DNA from: a virus
Taxonomy: Duplodnaviria; Heunggongvirae; Uroviricota; Caudoviricetes
Strand: one strand, 5' to 3'
DNA: 64,000 bases
IMG/VR virus record: IMGVR_UViG_3300010357_001332
Shown: positions 18,687 to 27,537 of the stretch, one piece after another
Numbering within the stretch: the stretch's first letter is position 1
Layout: each line of letters starts with the position of its first letter
Notes under the pieces: generated by a model
Seen by the model: the letters and a program-made list of their open reading frames with translations, nothing else
The model's database searches: none
What the model was told of the DNA's origin: nothing
Program-made: the position numbers and the translations under genes

Positions 18687-19235
18687 TCAGTATTTTTTAT
18701 TACCATGACGATAAGCTCTGGTATTATTATACTCCATTTTTCTTTTTAGAATATCTTCAAAGTCCCAACCTTTATATCCAAAATAATCTGCTATACGAAT
18801 GAATGCATCTATAAGCTCTGTTGTTTCACCACAAGGTTTTCCATTCATATCAAGATAATAATCTTGCTTTTGCTCACGAACATCTTCTGTTGCTTCTGAT
18901 ATCTCAGAATGAATTAAAGCATGAATCTCAAGAGGCGATCTTGGATTATCCCACCATCCTTTTTCTTTTGCGGTTGCATGTATTTGATTTACAAAATCAT
19001 TTATGGTTAAAGATTTTTCTTCTTTACTTTCTTCATAAGGGAGACCTTCTAAATGACAATATTCTTTCTTTTCTTCATTCCAAAGAAGAACTTGTTGTAA
19101 ATCTTTTCCACCACATCTGGTATAATCATTACCACCATCTATAAAAGTAGCTTGTTCACAATTGCATTGTTGAAAATCATGCCTAGATTTTGATTCTAAT
19201 TCTTCGTTGCAACATTCACATTTAACTTTGCTCAT
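18687..19235 (-). CDS. MazG-like nucleotide pyrophosphohydrolase with N-terminal zinc ribbon
   Basis: KGWW..RSPLEIHALIHSEISEATEDVRE...ELIDAFIRIADY matches the phage MazG E..E..E..D metal-binding helix; N-terminal CECC...CNC. Confidence 0.55.
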   Translation of the reverse strand: MSKVKCECCNEELESKSRHDFQQCNCEQATFIDGGNDYTRCGGKDLQQVLLWNEEKKEYCHLEGLPYEESKEEKSLTINDFVNQIHATAKEKGWWDNPRSPLEIHALIHSEISEATEDVREQKQDYYLDMNGKPCGETTELIDAFIRIADYFGYKGWDFEDILKRKMEYNNTRAYRHGNKKY

Positions 19236-19236
19236 T

Positions 19237-19893
19237 TCATTTCCTTTTAAATATTATTGATTTTAAATCCTTAACTTTTTTTCTAAAATCTTCTTTCGTG
19301 GTATTATTTTCTAGAATATAATCGAAATAAGAATCCTCTAAAGAATCTAAATCTGTTTCAGATATATCTGAATCTATTAAACCTGTAGTTCGTTTTATTC
19401 TAACTGTTATAACATCAAATTTATCTTGTAAATTATTTTTTAATTCCTCTAGTTCATATTTAAATCTACAATCAGTTATAACTATATTACATTTATTTAT
19501 ATCTTGAAATACCCAGTGTTGTAATAATAAATTAACCCAAATCAATTCGTCAAAAGTGGCTTTAATTACTTGTCCATACCACTGCATTAAATTCCTTGCT
19601 GTAAAAGCTTTACCAGAATCTCGAAAAGTGAGATCACATATGGGAACTTCTTTTAACTTGGGGTCAAAAAAGTAATTAGGTATTCCTCCTACTCCAGGTA
19701 ACTTTCCAACTAAGCCTGCAGTAATTTCAACTATTTGATCTTTTAATTCATCTGCGAGAGCTAATCTATAAAATGGTATATTAGATCGTTTACTCGTTCT
19801 ACATATAATATTAGAAAAAGTATCTTTACCAACACACTTTTTACCTGATAATAGTAATACAACTCGCCTAGGTGTAGATATAGATTGTGACAT
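19237..19893 (-). CDS. deoxynucleoside monophosphate kinase
   Basis: P-loop LLSGKKCVGKDT of the GK.GVGKDT dNMP-kinase type. Confidence 0.5.
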   Translation of the reverse strand: MSQSISTPRRVVLLLSGKKCVGKDTFSNIICRTSKRSNIPFYRLALADELKDQIVEITAGLVGKLPGVGGIPNYFFDPKLKEVPICDLTFRDSGKAFTARNLMQWYGQVIKATFDELIWVNLLLQHWVFQDINKCNIVITDCRFKYELEELKNNLQDKFDVITVRIKRTTGLIDSDISETDLDSLEDSYFDYILENNTTKEDFRKKVKDLKSIIFKRK

Positions 19894-21264
19894 TTTTATT
19901 ATTTTTTCCTGATATACTTAAAATTAGGTAAAATTTTATATTATTCTTTTATGCAAGTTACGCAAGAAAAGAAATTAAAGATAAAAAACTCTTTAGCTAA
20001 AACTCGAGAGAAAAGAAAATCTCAAGTTTGTAAAGTTTATACTTTAAAGATAGATAAAAGTCATTTAAATTCTATACAAAAGAAATGGTTGAAAAAAATC
20101 TTTATAGAAGCTAGATGGTTTTATAATTATATTATATCACAAGATAATATTTTTCTTAATACTTCTTTATATAAACAAAAAGAAATTACGATAAAAGTTT
20201 TAAGTAAGTTTGAAAAAAGAAATATAGAATTTTTATCTTCTCAAATGAAACAAGGTTTATATGAGAGAATAAAAGAAGCTATTAAAGTTTTGTCTAAACT
20301 TAAAAAACTTAATTTTACTATTGGTAGATTAAAATTCAAATCTGAAATAAATTCCATCGATCTTCCTCAATATAATAATACTTGGAAATTTAATAAAACT
20401 AGAATTAAAATACAGGGATTAAAGAAACCATTTAAAGTTCATGGTTTAAAACAAATTCCAAAAGGAAGTGAATTTGCTAATGCGAAACTTGTAAGAAAGC
20501 CTTCTGGTTATTATATTCAAATTACAACCTTTCAACAAAGAAAAGAAAAACAAAAAACTAATAAAGAAGTTGGTTTAGATTTTGGAATTAAAGATTCTAT
20601 AACAACTTCTGATGGTGAAAAATTAAATATTAAAATTCCAGAATCTTATAGATTAAAAAGACTTCAAAAGGGTTTTGCAAAGAAAAATAATTTAAAATCA
20701 AATAAAAGAAAAAAGAATCTTATTAAAATAAAACAAGAATATGAAAGAATTTCAAATCAGAAAAAAGATCAAGTAAATAAACTTGTATCTTATTTAAAGA
20801 ATAATTATGATACAATTTATATTCAAGAAGAACAAATAGCAAATTGGCATAAAGGTTTATTTGGTAAACAAGTTCAACATTCTGCACTTGGGGCAATAAA
20901 GTCTAAATTAAAAACTTTAGAAAGCACCCAAGTAATATCGAAATGGGAACCAACTACTAAATTATGTCCAGTTTGTGGATTACTAAATAAAATATCTTTA
21001 TCAGAAAGAACTTATAAATGTTCTTGTGGTTATGAAAAAGATAGAGATACTCATTCAGCTAATAATATACTTTTAATTGGAAAGTCTAAATCCAATTCTG
21101 TTATGGAGCGTAACAGTACAACATCTGAGAATAAGATCAATGAATTTTCAAAGAGCAATCTAGAAAATTTAAATCATGATTCGTTGAAGATGGAAGCTAA
21201 AGTTTTTTAGACTTTAGTAGCTCACCTACCTGCTTCTTTCCAGAAAGTAGAATAACTTTTCTCT
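19894..21264 (+). mobile_element. IS200/IS605-family TnpB-only insertion (IS1341-like) in reverse orientation
   Basis: The only large plus-strand gene, sitting in an intergenic gap of the minus-strand operon; ends not mapped. Confidence 0.5.
19951..21210 (+). CDS. tnpB: TnpB (IS605 OrfB) RuvC-like RNA-guided nuclease
   Basis: 419 aa with a C-terminal zinc finger CPVCG...CSCG and RuvC-III-like DRDTHSANNIL. Confidence 0.7.
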   Translation: MQVTQEKKLKIKNSLAKTREKRKSQVCKVYTLKIDKSHLNSIQKKWLKKIFIEARWFYNYIISQDNIFLNTSLYKQKEITIKVLSKFEKRNIEFLSSQMKQGLYERIKEAIKVLSKLKKLNFTIGRLKFKSEINSIDLPQYNNTWKFNKTRIKIQGLKKPFKVHGLKQIPKGSEFANAKLVRKPSGYYIQITTFQQRKEKQKTNKEVGLDFGIKDSITTSDGEKLNIKIPESYRLKRLQKGFAKKNNLKSNKRKKNLIKIKQEYERISNQKKDQVNKLVSYLKNNYDTIYIQEEQIANWHKGLFGKQVQHSALGAIKSKLKTLESTQVISKWEPTTKLCPVCGLLNKISLSERTYKCSCGYEKDRDTHSANNILLIGKSKSNSVMERNSTTSENKINEFSKSNLENLNHDSLKMEAKVF

Positions 21265-21744
21265 TTATGTCCAAAGATAGCCTCTTATTTTTATTAATCT
21301 AATTAAATTCTTTTCCTCTTCTTCTAGAAATTTTATTTGTTCTTGATTATATAAATTACTTAAGTATTCACCATAGTTAGAACTAACACTATGCCATTCA
21401 AAAAGACCTGGATGATCTTCACAAGGAGTGTAATAATGAACGGTATGCTCGGACCATTGATCTAATAAGTAATCTATTTCTTCTTCTCTTTGTTTTCTTT
21501 CTATCTTCCAGTAAGAATATAATCTATCTATTTCTTCTTTAGCTTTTTTATGATATTTATCACTATTCCAGTTAACACTATCTAATCCACCGTGTTCATA
21601 AAAATCACAAAGAAGTTCAAAGTTAAAAGTAAGAAGCATCTCTTGGCATTCCCATGGAGCATAAAATGCTTTACTTGCTTTATAAAATAATCTAACTTTG
21701 TAATATCTTCTTCTTACTGGCCAAGTTAACTTTTTTATATTCAT
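21265..21744 (-). CDS. hypothetical protein
   Basis: 159-aa W/Y-rich ORF. Confidence 0.45.
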   Translation of the reverse strand: MNIKKLTWPVRRRYYKVRLFYKASKAFYAPWECQEMLLTFNFELLCDFYEHGGLDSVNWNSDKYHKKAKEEIDRLYSYWKIERKQREEEIDYLLDQWSEHTVHYYTPCEDHPGLFEWHSVSSNYGEYLSNLYNQEQIKFLEEEEKNLIRLIKIRGYLWT

Positions 21745-21971
21745 TTTGATTTCTTTTTGTTTTCTTCCTGCTGTTTTTTCATTCTTCTATCCAGAGAATT
21801 TAAAGAGGAATCTTGTCCTATTCTAACTTCTTTCTTTGCAGGAAAACAAAGCGCAGATTTTAAATGCGCTATATCGTCCTTAAGTTTTTCTATCTCTTTA
21901 AAATGCTCTTCTTTTAATTTTTTAAGTTCGTTTTCTAAATCCTTAATTTTGTCGTGAGCCGTTATATCCAT
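21741..21971 (-). CDS. coiled-coil protein
   Basis: 76 aa, K/E-rich. Confidence 0.35.
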   Translation of the reverse strand: MDITAHDKIKDLENELKKLKEEHFKEIEKLKDDIAHLKSALCFPAKKEVRIGQDSSLNSLDRRMKKQQEENKKKSK

Positions 21972-21982
21972 AATAACTCTCC

Positions 21983-22198
21983 TTAAAATTGATTATCTAC
22001 TTGCTCCTTAACAACTGGACATCCTAAAGGATGATCAAAGATAACACAATCTGTTCTACCTCTATATTTAGGATACTTGCAACTTTTGTTTTCTGGTACT
22101 GACATACCCCTTCCAACTATTCTCATTTTTCTATGCGGACAAGTTTGTTTTAATTCATTTATTAAATCTCTTCGTTGTTTTTCAATTGCATCCATCAT
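21983..22198 (-). CDS. cysteine-containing small protein
   Basis: 71-aa ORF. Confidence 0.35.
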   Translation of the reverse strand: MMDAIEKQRRDLINELKQTCPHRKMRIVGRGMSVPENKSCKYPKYRGRTDCVIFDHPLGCPVVKEQVDNQF

Positions 22199-22200
22199 AA

Positions 22201-22440
22201 CTATTTACCCTGTGCATTACTAGTAGGTTGTAATTCTTTTAATTTACTTTCTAATTCTTTTGTGTATTCACCACATTGTTTATTAAATCCTTTTGCCATT
22301 TCTAAATCAACTCTTAACCATAAATTTTCTTGTTTAAATTTATCTCTTTCTATTTGAAGTTTCTGTATATCAGCTTCGTATGTTTCTATACTGACACACC
22401 CTGTACATAAAATTAGCATTCCGACTAAAATAGTTTTCAT
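22201..22440 (-). CDS. lipoprotein
   Basis: Lipobox LILCTGC. Confidence 0.4.
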   Translation of the reverse strand: MKTILVGMLILCTGCVSIETYEADIQKLQIERDKFKQENLWLRVDLEMAKGFNKQCGEYTKELESKLKELQPTSNAQGK

Positions 22441-22623
22441 TTACTTACTCCGATTATCAGTATCAATTACTGTATGACCACAGAACTCACAATATCTAAT
22501 TACTCCGTATTCTGTAAGTTTAATAAGCTTAGCATCCTTTGCTTCCAATCTTATATTGACCATAAGATGAATTTTAAATACTTTACAAAATTTGCAGATA
22601 ATATTTGCTATTAATTCTTTCAT

Positions 22624-22959
22624 TTAAACCTCCTCCTTTAATATCTCTTTTATAGAATAAATTTTTATTTTAAGTTTTGAAGCAACTTGTGCACAAGCAG
22701 GACAAGCATGTATATCTAAAAGATCTCCTCTCTTGTTTGTTCTACAAATAATAATACTTCTTAATCTTTCTCCATACTTTCTTATCAGAGCAATCTCTGC
22801 ATGAACTCCACCGCCACGGTGTGAAAGGCGATGCCGATTCATTGTGCAACCCAATACTCTTCCTTTTCTATCCAACCCTACTGCTGATACTTTATATCTA
22901 CATCTAGATTGACTTGCCTTTCTTTGAGCCAGATTAACTATATCATCTTGAGGTGTCAT
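22624..22959 (-). CDS. cytidine/nucleoside deaminase-fold zinc enzyme (second CDA-fold protein)
   Basis: HAEIALI ... PACAQV (H-A-E / P-C-x-x-C). Confidence 0.5.
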   Translation of the reverse strand: MTPQDDIVNLAQRKASQSRCRYKVSAVGLDRKGRVLGCTMNRHRLSHRGGGVHAEIALIRKYGERLRSIIICRTNKRGDLLDIHACPACAQVASKLKIKIYSIKEILKEEV

Positions 22960-23167
22960 AATTACCTTTTTTATGTTTAAAAATCTTTTTAGTTATAAAA
23001 AGAAGTAAACCATTTATTATAGCAAAAATAATAAATTGTATAATCATTGCTATAAACCAATCACTTAAAAAAGGAAGAGGATTAATATATTCTGCTATTA
23101 TATATAGTTGTAGTAAGGTACTTATTGTAAATACTATAATACCAAATATTATAGCAAGTTTTTTCAT
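22943..23167 (-). CDS. small membrane protein
   Basis: 74 aa, 2 TM. Confidence 0.4.
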   Translation of the reverse strand: MKKLAIIFGIIVFTISTLLQLYIIAEYINPLPFLSDWFIAMIIQFIIFAIINGLLLFITKKIFKHKKGNYDTSR

Positions 23168-23415
23168 TTAATTCCTCCACATTTAGACCAAGAAAATTTA
23201 CCAAACTTATCTGAATAGGTAATTAAACATCTATGCATATTTTCTTCTACTTCGTTTAATTTAGTTCTATTCATTCTTTTCAGACGATGCAACTTATTAT
23301 ATTCTTTATTATATAAACAAATACATCTAAGTAAATCTATTTCTTCAAATTCTTCTGCAAAGACAAAAGAAGAAATTAGTAGTAAACTAAGAAGACTTAT
23401 GATTATTCTTTTCAT
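23164..23415 (-). CDS. secreted small protein
   Basis: Signal peptide. Confidence 0.4.
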   Translation of the reverse strand: MKRIIISLLSLLLISSFVFAEEFEEIDLLRCICLYNKEYNKLHRLKRMNRTKLNEVEENMHRCLITYSDKFGKFSWSKCGGIK

Positions 23416-23557
23416 GCCTTTTTTATTTTTTTGATATATTGTTTTAAAGCTTGTTCACAAATCCAATTAACAGACCTATCATACTCAGCAGAAAGAATAG
23501 CTAATTGAATTAGTATTTCATCAGATAATTCTATAGTAATTTTAACTCGTTTTCTTT

Positions 23558-24262
23558 TCATTCTATTTCGACACCTGCTATTAATTCTGGATTCTTTTTT
23601 AAGAATTTCAAAACTTCTTGTATAGAGAAGGGTTTACCATGATAAAGCTCTTCATATATTTTACTAGCTAAAATATAATCACTTTTATAATCCACAGTTA
23701 ATCTTAAACCTTCACCTTGTACTATACCCATATCCATAAATTCAGAATGAAAGATATGATTGTTTAATTTGATATAAGTTGTTACGTGCTCTCTATCTGA
23801 TTTTCTTTTGGATTCTGAATATGCTCTATCCAGAGCAGATTTTTTAAACATTTCAATTCCTACTCCAATAGGAATGCCAGACATACCATAGTAATCTATC
23901 TTATCTTTTAGTTCCTTTTGTATAAGCTTATTTCCTAATTCCACATCTACAAAAGGATTATCACCTGTTGCTCTAATTACATATTGACAGCTACGATAAT
24001 TAGTCGCATCATAAAATCTTTTAAGAACATCCTCGTCAGGACCTCTGTAAACATTACATCCTTTAGATCTAGCTAAATCAACTATAGGTTGATTGGATTC
24101 GTGTATACCAGTAGCTACAATAACTAAATCTACGTTCTTGAGTTTTTGTACTCTATCTATTACATGTTCTAATAAAGGTTTTTCTGCTAATGGAAGCATT
24201 GCTTTTCCTGGTAATCTAGTCGAATTAAATCTAGATTGAATTACAGCAATTATTTTCTCCAT
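23558..24262 (-). CDS. CMP-sugar cytidylyltransferase (SpsF/NeuA/KdsB-like, CTP_transf_3 family)
   Basis: N-terminal IAVIQSRFNSTRLPGKAMLPLAEKPLLEHVIDRV is the hallmark of acylneuraminate/KDO-type cytidylyltransferases. Confidence 0.6.
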   Translation of the reverse strand: MEKIIAVIQSRFNSTRLPGKAMLPLAEKPLLEHVIDRVQKLKNVDLVIVATGIHESNQPIVDLARSKGCNVYRGPDEDVLKRFYDATNYRSCQYVIRATGDNPFVDVELGNKLIQKELKDKIDYYGMSGIPIGVGIEMFKKSALDRAYSESKRKSDREHVTTYIKLNNHIFHSEFMDMGIVQGEGLRLTVDYKSDYILASKIYEELYHGKPFSIQEVLKFLKKNPELIAGVEIE

Positions 24263-24283
24263 GTTATCTGCTCTCCTTTTATT

Positions 24284-25066
24284 TTATGCTATAATGGGAA
24301 GACAATTCTTATGCGTGCTTCTTTCTATTAAATCTACGAACAGTAATCGTCCAATAGGTGATAGGTGCACTCCATCTGAAGAATAATCTGCTTTCATCAT
24401 AACATGCCAAGCAGCTACAAAATGTTTGATTAATGGTATAATTACTGTATTTTTATCTTGTCCCAACCAGTTAAAAAGATTTTGAGTATATTCCACATAA
24501 TGTATCATTGCATAATCCACGCACGTTGCTGGTAGTCCATACATAATAATTCTTGCTTTTGGAAATCTTTTTCTAATATAATCGAATAATATATTACATT
24601 CTTTTTTCACTACTTCTATTTTTTGATGTTGCAATAAATTATTCCCACCCGGCGTCCCTACTAGAATAAAATTAGGTTGATAATTATATCTAGTTATATC
24701 AGAATCCATATCCTTTAAAAGCTGGAGCATGTGGCATGCACGCATGCCACCTAATGCCCAGTTCATTCTTATATCTATAACGTCTTGTGCGTCTTTTTTA
24801 CTTTGTGCTAGAATAGAATCTCCTATACCAAGTATTCTAACAGAATCTCTTGTATAAGAAGTTTGCATATAATCTACAAAGCTAGCTTTGCATTCTTGTA
24901 AATGATCTTGATAATCGTCATGCGGAACATATGACTCATCTACAGGTTTTTTAAATTTAAGATCCATTAAGATCATAGCTTGTCTTACTGAATCTTTCTT
25001 CTTAGCATAATCTTTGCATTCTATCTGTGTTTGGATTTCAGCAATCATTTTTTTAAAGAAATTCAT
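24284..25066 (-). CDS. SGNH/GDSL hydrolase
   Basis: Block I GIGDSI and block V DGVHLSPIG (DxxH). Confidence 0.5.
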   Translation of the reverse strand: MNFFKKMIAEIQTQIECKDYAKKKDSVRQAMILMDLKFKKPVDESYVPHDDYQDHLQECKASFVDYMQTSYTRDSVRILGIGDSILAQSKKDAQDVIDIRMNWALGGMRACHMLQLLKDMDSDITRYNYQPNFILVGTPGGNNLLQHQKIEVVKKECNILFDYIRKRFPKARIIMYGLPATCVDYAMIHYVEYTQNLFNWLGQDKNTVIIPLIKHFVAAWHVMMKADYSSDGVHLSPIGRLLFVDLIERSTHKNCLPIIA

Positions 25067-25084
25067 TTATACCATCCCAGCAGT

Positions 25085-25315
25085 TTAATCAACTACGTCT
25101 TTTGCACAATATTCTATTATAGCTCTAAATTCTTTAGGATCTGCTTTAGCTTTCATATCTATACTTCTATCCACCAAACATGTTTGAATACATGAAATAT
25201 ATTCAGTTTCCATTTCTAGATAAGTTTTTCTTAAACAACTTTTTACTAGAAAGACCACACCTATTATAAGACCTATTAATACTATTACTGAAAAGATCTT
25301 ACCTACGTTTGACAT
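25085..25315 (-). CDS. membrane-anchored small protein
   Basis: N-terminal TM helix. Confidence 0.4.
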   Translation of the reverse strand: MSNVGKIFSVIVLIGLIIGVVFLVKSCLRKTYLEMETEYISCIQTCLVDRSIDMKAKADPKEFRAIIEYCAKDVVD

Positions 25316-25498
25316 ATACTACATCTCCTTTAATGTTTTTTTGAGAGGACACCAAAATGGATATCCTTCTTCTTTAATATCAATAATAACTTTTGCTAAA
25401 GGAAATTTAGGATGTATACATACATATCTTTCCATCCAACCATCTTGAGAACAGTGTTTACATTTCTCACATTTAGATCCAGATTTTTTCTTCATTTA

Positions 25499-25951
25499 TT
25501 ATCTCACTCTATAAGTACTTACAATACACTTAGAAGAATATGTTGGATATTTTGAAAACTTATAATATACAAGACCGGCTAGTAACAATTTAGATTGACT
25601 ATTACCCCAAGTTAATCTAGATATAGTATCTGTGTTCTTAAAAGAAATCCTAAATCTAAAATTCTTTTTAGATTTAGGAGCTATATAACCAATTTCCTTT
25701 TTAAGATTAGTAGCAATTCTAGTAAGTGTAGTACCATCAAAATCCACATATAAATCTGTTGCATCTAAATAGATTTTAGAATTAGAAGTGTTAGAAATAG
25801 ATACTATTACATCTGCTTTAATTGTATTTAACCCTTCAGAAGTTATCTTAAACTTTGAAAATGTTAAAGGAAAGCATTCTTCGTCTTCTCTGAGTTGAAA
25901 TAAATTACAACCCAAGAAAAAGATAAATGATAATACTATTAATCTTTTCAT
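25499..25951 (-). CDS. lipoprotein
   Basis: Signal peptide with FFLGC lipobox. Confidence 0.45.
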   Translation of the reverse strand: MKRLIVLSFIFFLGCNLFQLREDEECFPLTFSKFKITSEGLNTIKADVIVSISNTSNSKIYLDATDLYVDFDGTTLTRIATNLKKEIGYIAPKSKKNFRFRISFKNTDTISRLTWGNSQSKLLLAGLVYYKFSKYPTYSSKCIVSTYRVR

Positions 25952-25959
25952 TGTATCTC

Positions 25960-26232
25960 CTATACTAAAAAAGGAACTAAATCATTATTAGGTTTGATAT
26001 AGTATACTTCTGTTTGAAATAACTCATTTGAAAATTCTGCACCTTCTTTTAATTTTCTTACTTCATCTACTAATTGCTTTTGTGTTTTAAGGCCTTTTAA
26101 CTGTTTAGTAGTTATATGCAATCCTATAAACTTTCTTAGCTCACTAAAAGTAGAAAATTCTATTATACATGGAATACATTTTTTAAACTTATATACTAAT
26201 ACTAGATATTTTCCTGTTTTAAACCTATTCAT
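25960..26232 (-). CDS. hypothetical protein
   Basis: 90-aa ORF. Confidence 0.4.
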   Translation of the reverse strand: MNRFKTGKYLVLVYKFKKCIPCIIEFSTFSELRKFIGLHITTKQLKGLKTQKQLVDEVRKLKEGAEFSNELFQTEVYYIKPNNDLVPFLV

Positions 26233-26765
26233 ATATATCCTCTTATAAAATTAATTTTCAAATAGATCCCGACCTGATCACCTTCAGGCCGGGATTGATA
26301 GTATCATCGAATACTTTTCAAGAGTATTTGTAGCTGATGATTGTGCTCAATTTTAGAATGTACCTTTCCGTTTAACTGAATTCTTAGCTTTACAGGAGAC
26401 GACCTTCCTGCTGGTCCACCCCTCGACTAAATCTACATTTCATGAATATAAACTTAGTCGAGGGGACAGGAATCGAACCTGCGACTTCTCCTCATTAGTA
26501 ATTCAGACTTGACTACATTCCTAGCACATGTTCTTAACTTAGGGTAATAACTTAAATCTTAAATGATTCTGTTTACCGTTTCAGCACTCTCCGTTAATTT
26601 ATTAATGCTATTCGGAGAGGAAGGATTCGAACCTTCAAGCTCAATGAGCAATCATTATATCAAATTAAATTTAAACCTAAGCCTGTCTATTGCTTATAGC
26701 AATAGAACCCTTTATGGTGGAAGGACTCGAACCTTCACTAACCCCCTTTACCATAACTAAAACTA
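26233..26765 (-). other. 530-bp non-coding region packed with tRNA-like T-arm motifs and hairpins
   Basis: Three GGTTCGAnTCC T-loop hairpins (reverse complements at 26466..26482, 26620..26636, 26719..26735), each followed or flanked by perfect hairpins; no full cloverleaf could be drawn by eye; GC-rich stem ATCCCGGCCTGA/TCAGGTCGGGAT at 26258..26291. Confidence 0.45.
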
Positions 26766-27509
26766 TTACTTCTCAAATACAAAATCAAGGAGCTTTGTAC
26801 CAAAATCTTCTTGTTTTACTTCAATAGAATTAGCTTCTTCTCTAGCAACTTTAATAGCTTTATCTAATGCACGAATTTTTTCAAGCATTTTTTCTTTATC
26901 TTGCTTTGCAATACATCCAGAAAATTTTGTAGTAGACCAAGTACCAATAACCACATCTTCATTGTATACCTCTACTTGGGCAGGATGCTTATCTGTTGCT
27001 TCCGCTTTAACATGGTTCTTCATTACTTTTTTTGTTTTAAAAGTATCTTTAGAATCTGAAACATATTGCATAGAATCCTCTTTCCATGTCCAATTCTCTG
27101 CAGGATCAAGAACAGGAAGGGCATTTACAAATGTGTGCAAATCTGTAAGCTGCTTTTCAAGAAAAAGAAGATGTGTAACGGGTACTTGATTAAGAATTAT
27201 TTTACCATCTACTAACACATCAGCTTTAGCATTACAGTTTGCAACATCTTGTGTTGCACATACATTATACATATCTTCACAAACTTCTCTTGCTTCTTTA
27301 ATACATTCAAATACAGAAGTTTGAATCTGCTTATCCTCATTAGGAAAACGATCTCCTTCTTCATCCTTAGGTGTGTATCGTTTTGCTAAACCCTGAAATA
27401 AATCTGCTTTTTCTAAAGTATGATATACTTTAGAAAGTACTTTTTCCTTGCGACTTTTTTGACCATTGGCAATGGCAATAACTTGATTAAGTTTTAATGT
27501 TTTGTTCAT
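26766..27509 (-). CDS. hypothetical protein
   Basis: 247-aa ORF. Confidence 0.5.
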   Translation of the reverse strand: MNKTLKLNQVIAIANGQKSRKEKVLSKVYHTLEKADLFQGLAKRYTPKDEEGDRFPNEDKQIQTSVFECIKEAREVCEDMYNVCATQDVANCNAKADVLVDGKIILNQVPVTHLLFLEKQLTDLHTFVNALPVLDPAENWTWKEDSMQYVSDSKDTFKTKKVMKNHVKAEATDKHPAQVEVYNEDVVIGTWSTTKFSGCIAKQDKEKMLEKIRALDKAIKVAREEANSIEVKQEDFGTKLLDFVFEK

Positions 27510-27537
27510 TTTTTAAACCTCAATTTAAATTTTATTT

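Noticed and set aside
26258-26291. ATCCCGGCCTGA-AGGTGA-TCAGGTCGGGAT stem considered as a tRNA acceptor/T-arm
   Set aside because: Has no TTCGA T-loop and no partner arms. More simply a GC-rich hairpin (terminator or processing site) at the edge of the tRNA-like island.
26563-26760. 65-aa plus-strand ORF inside the tRNA-like island
   Set aside because: Spans the T-arm motifs and hairpins; no RBS; the region reads as structured RNA.
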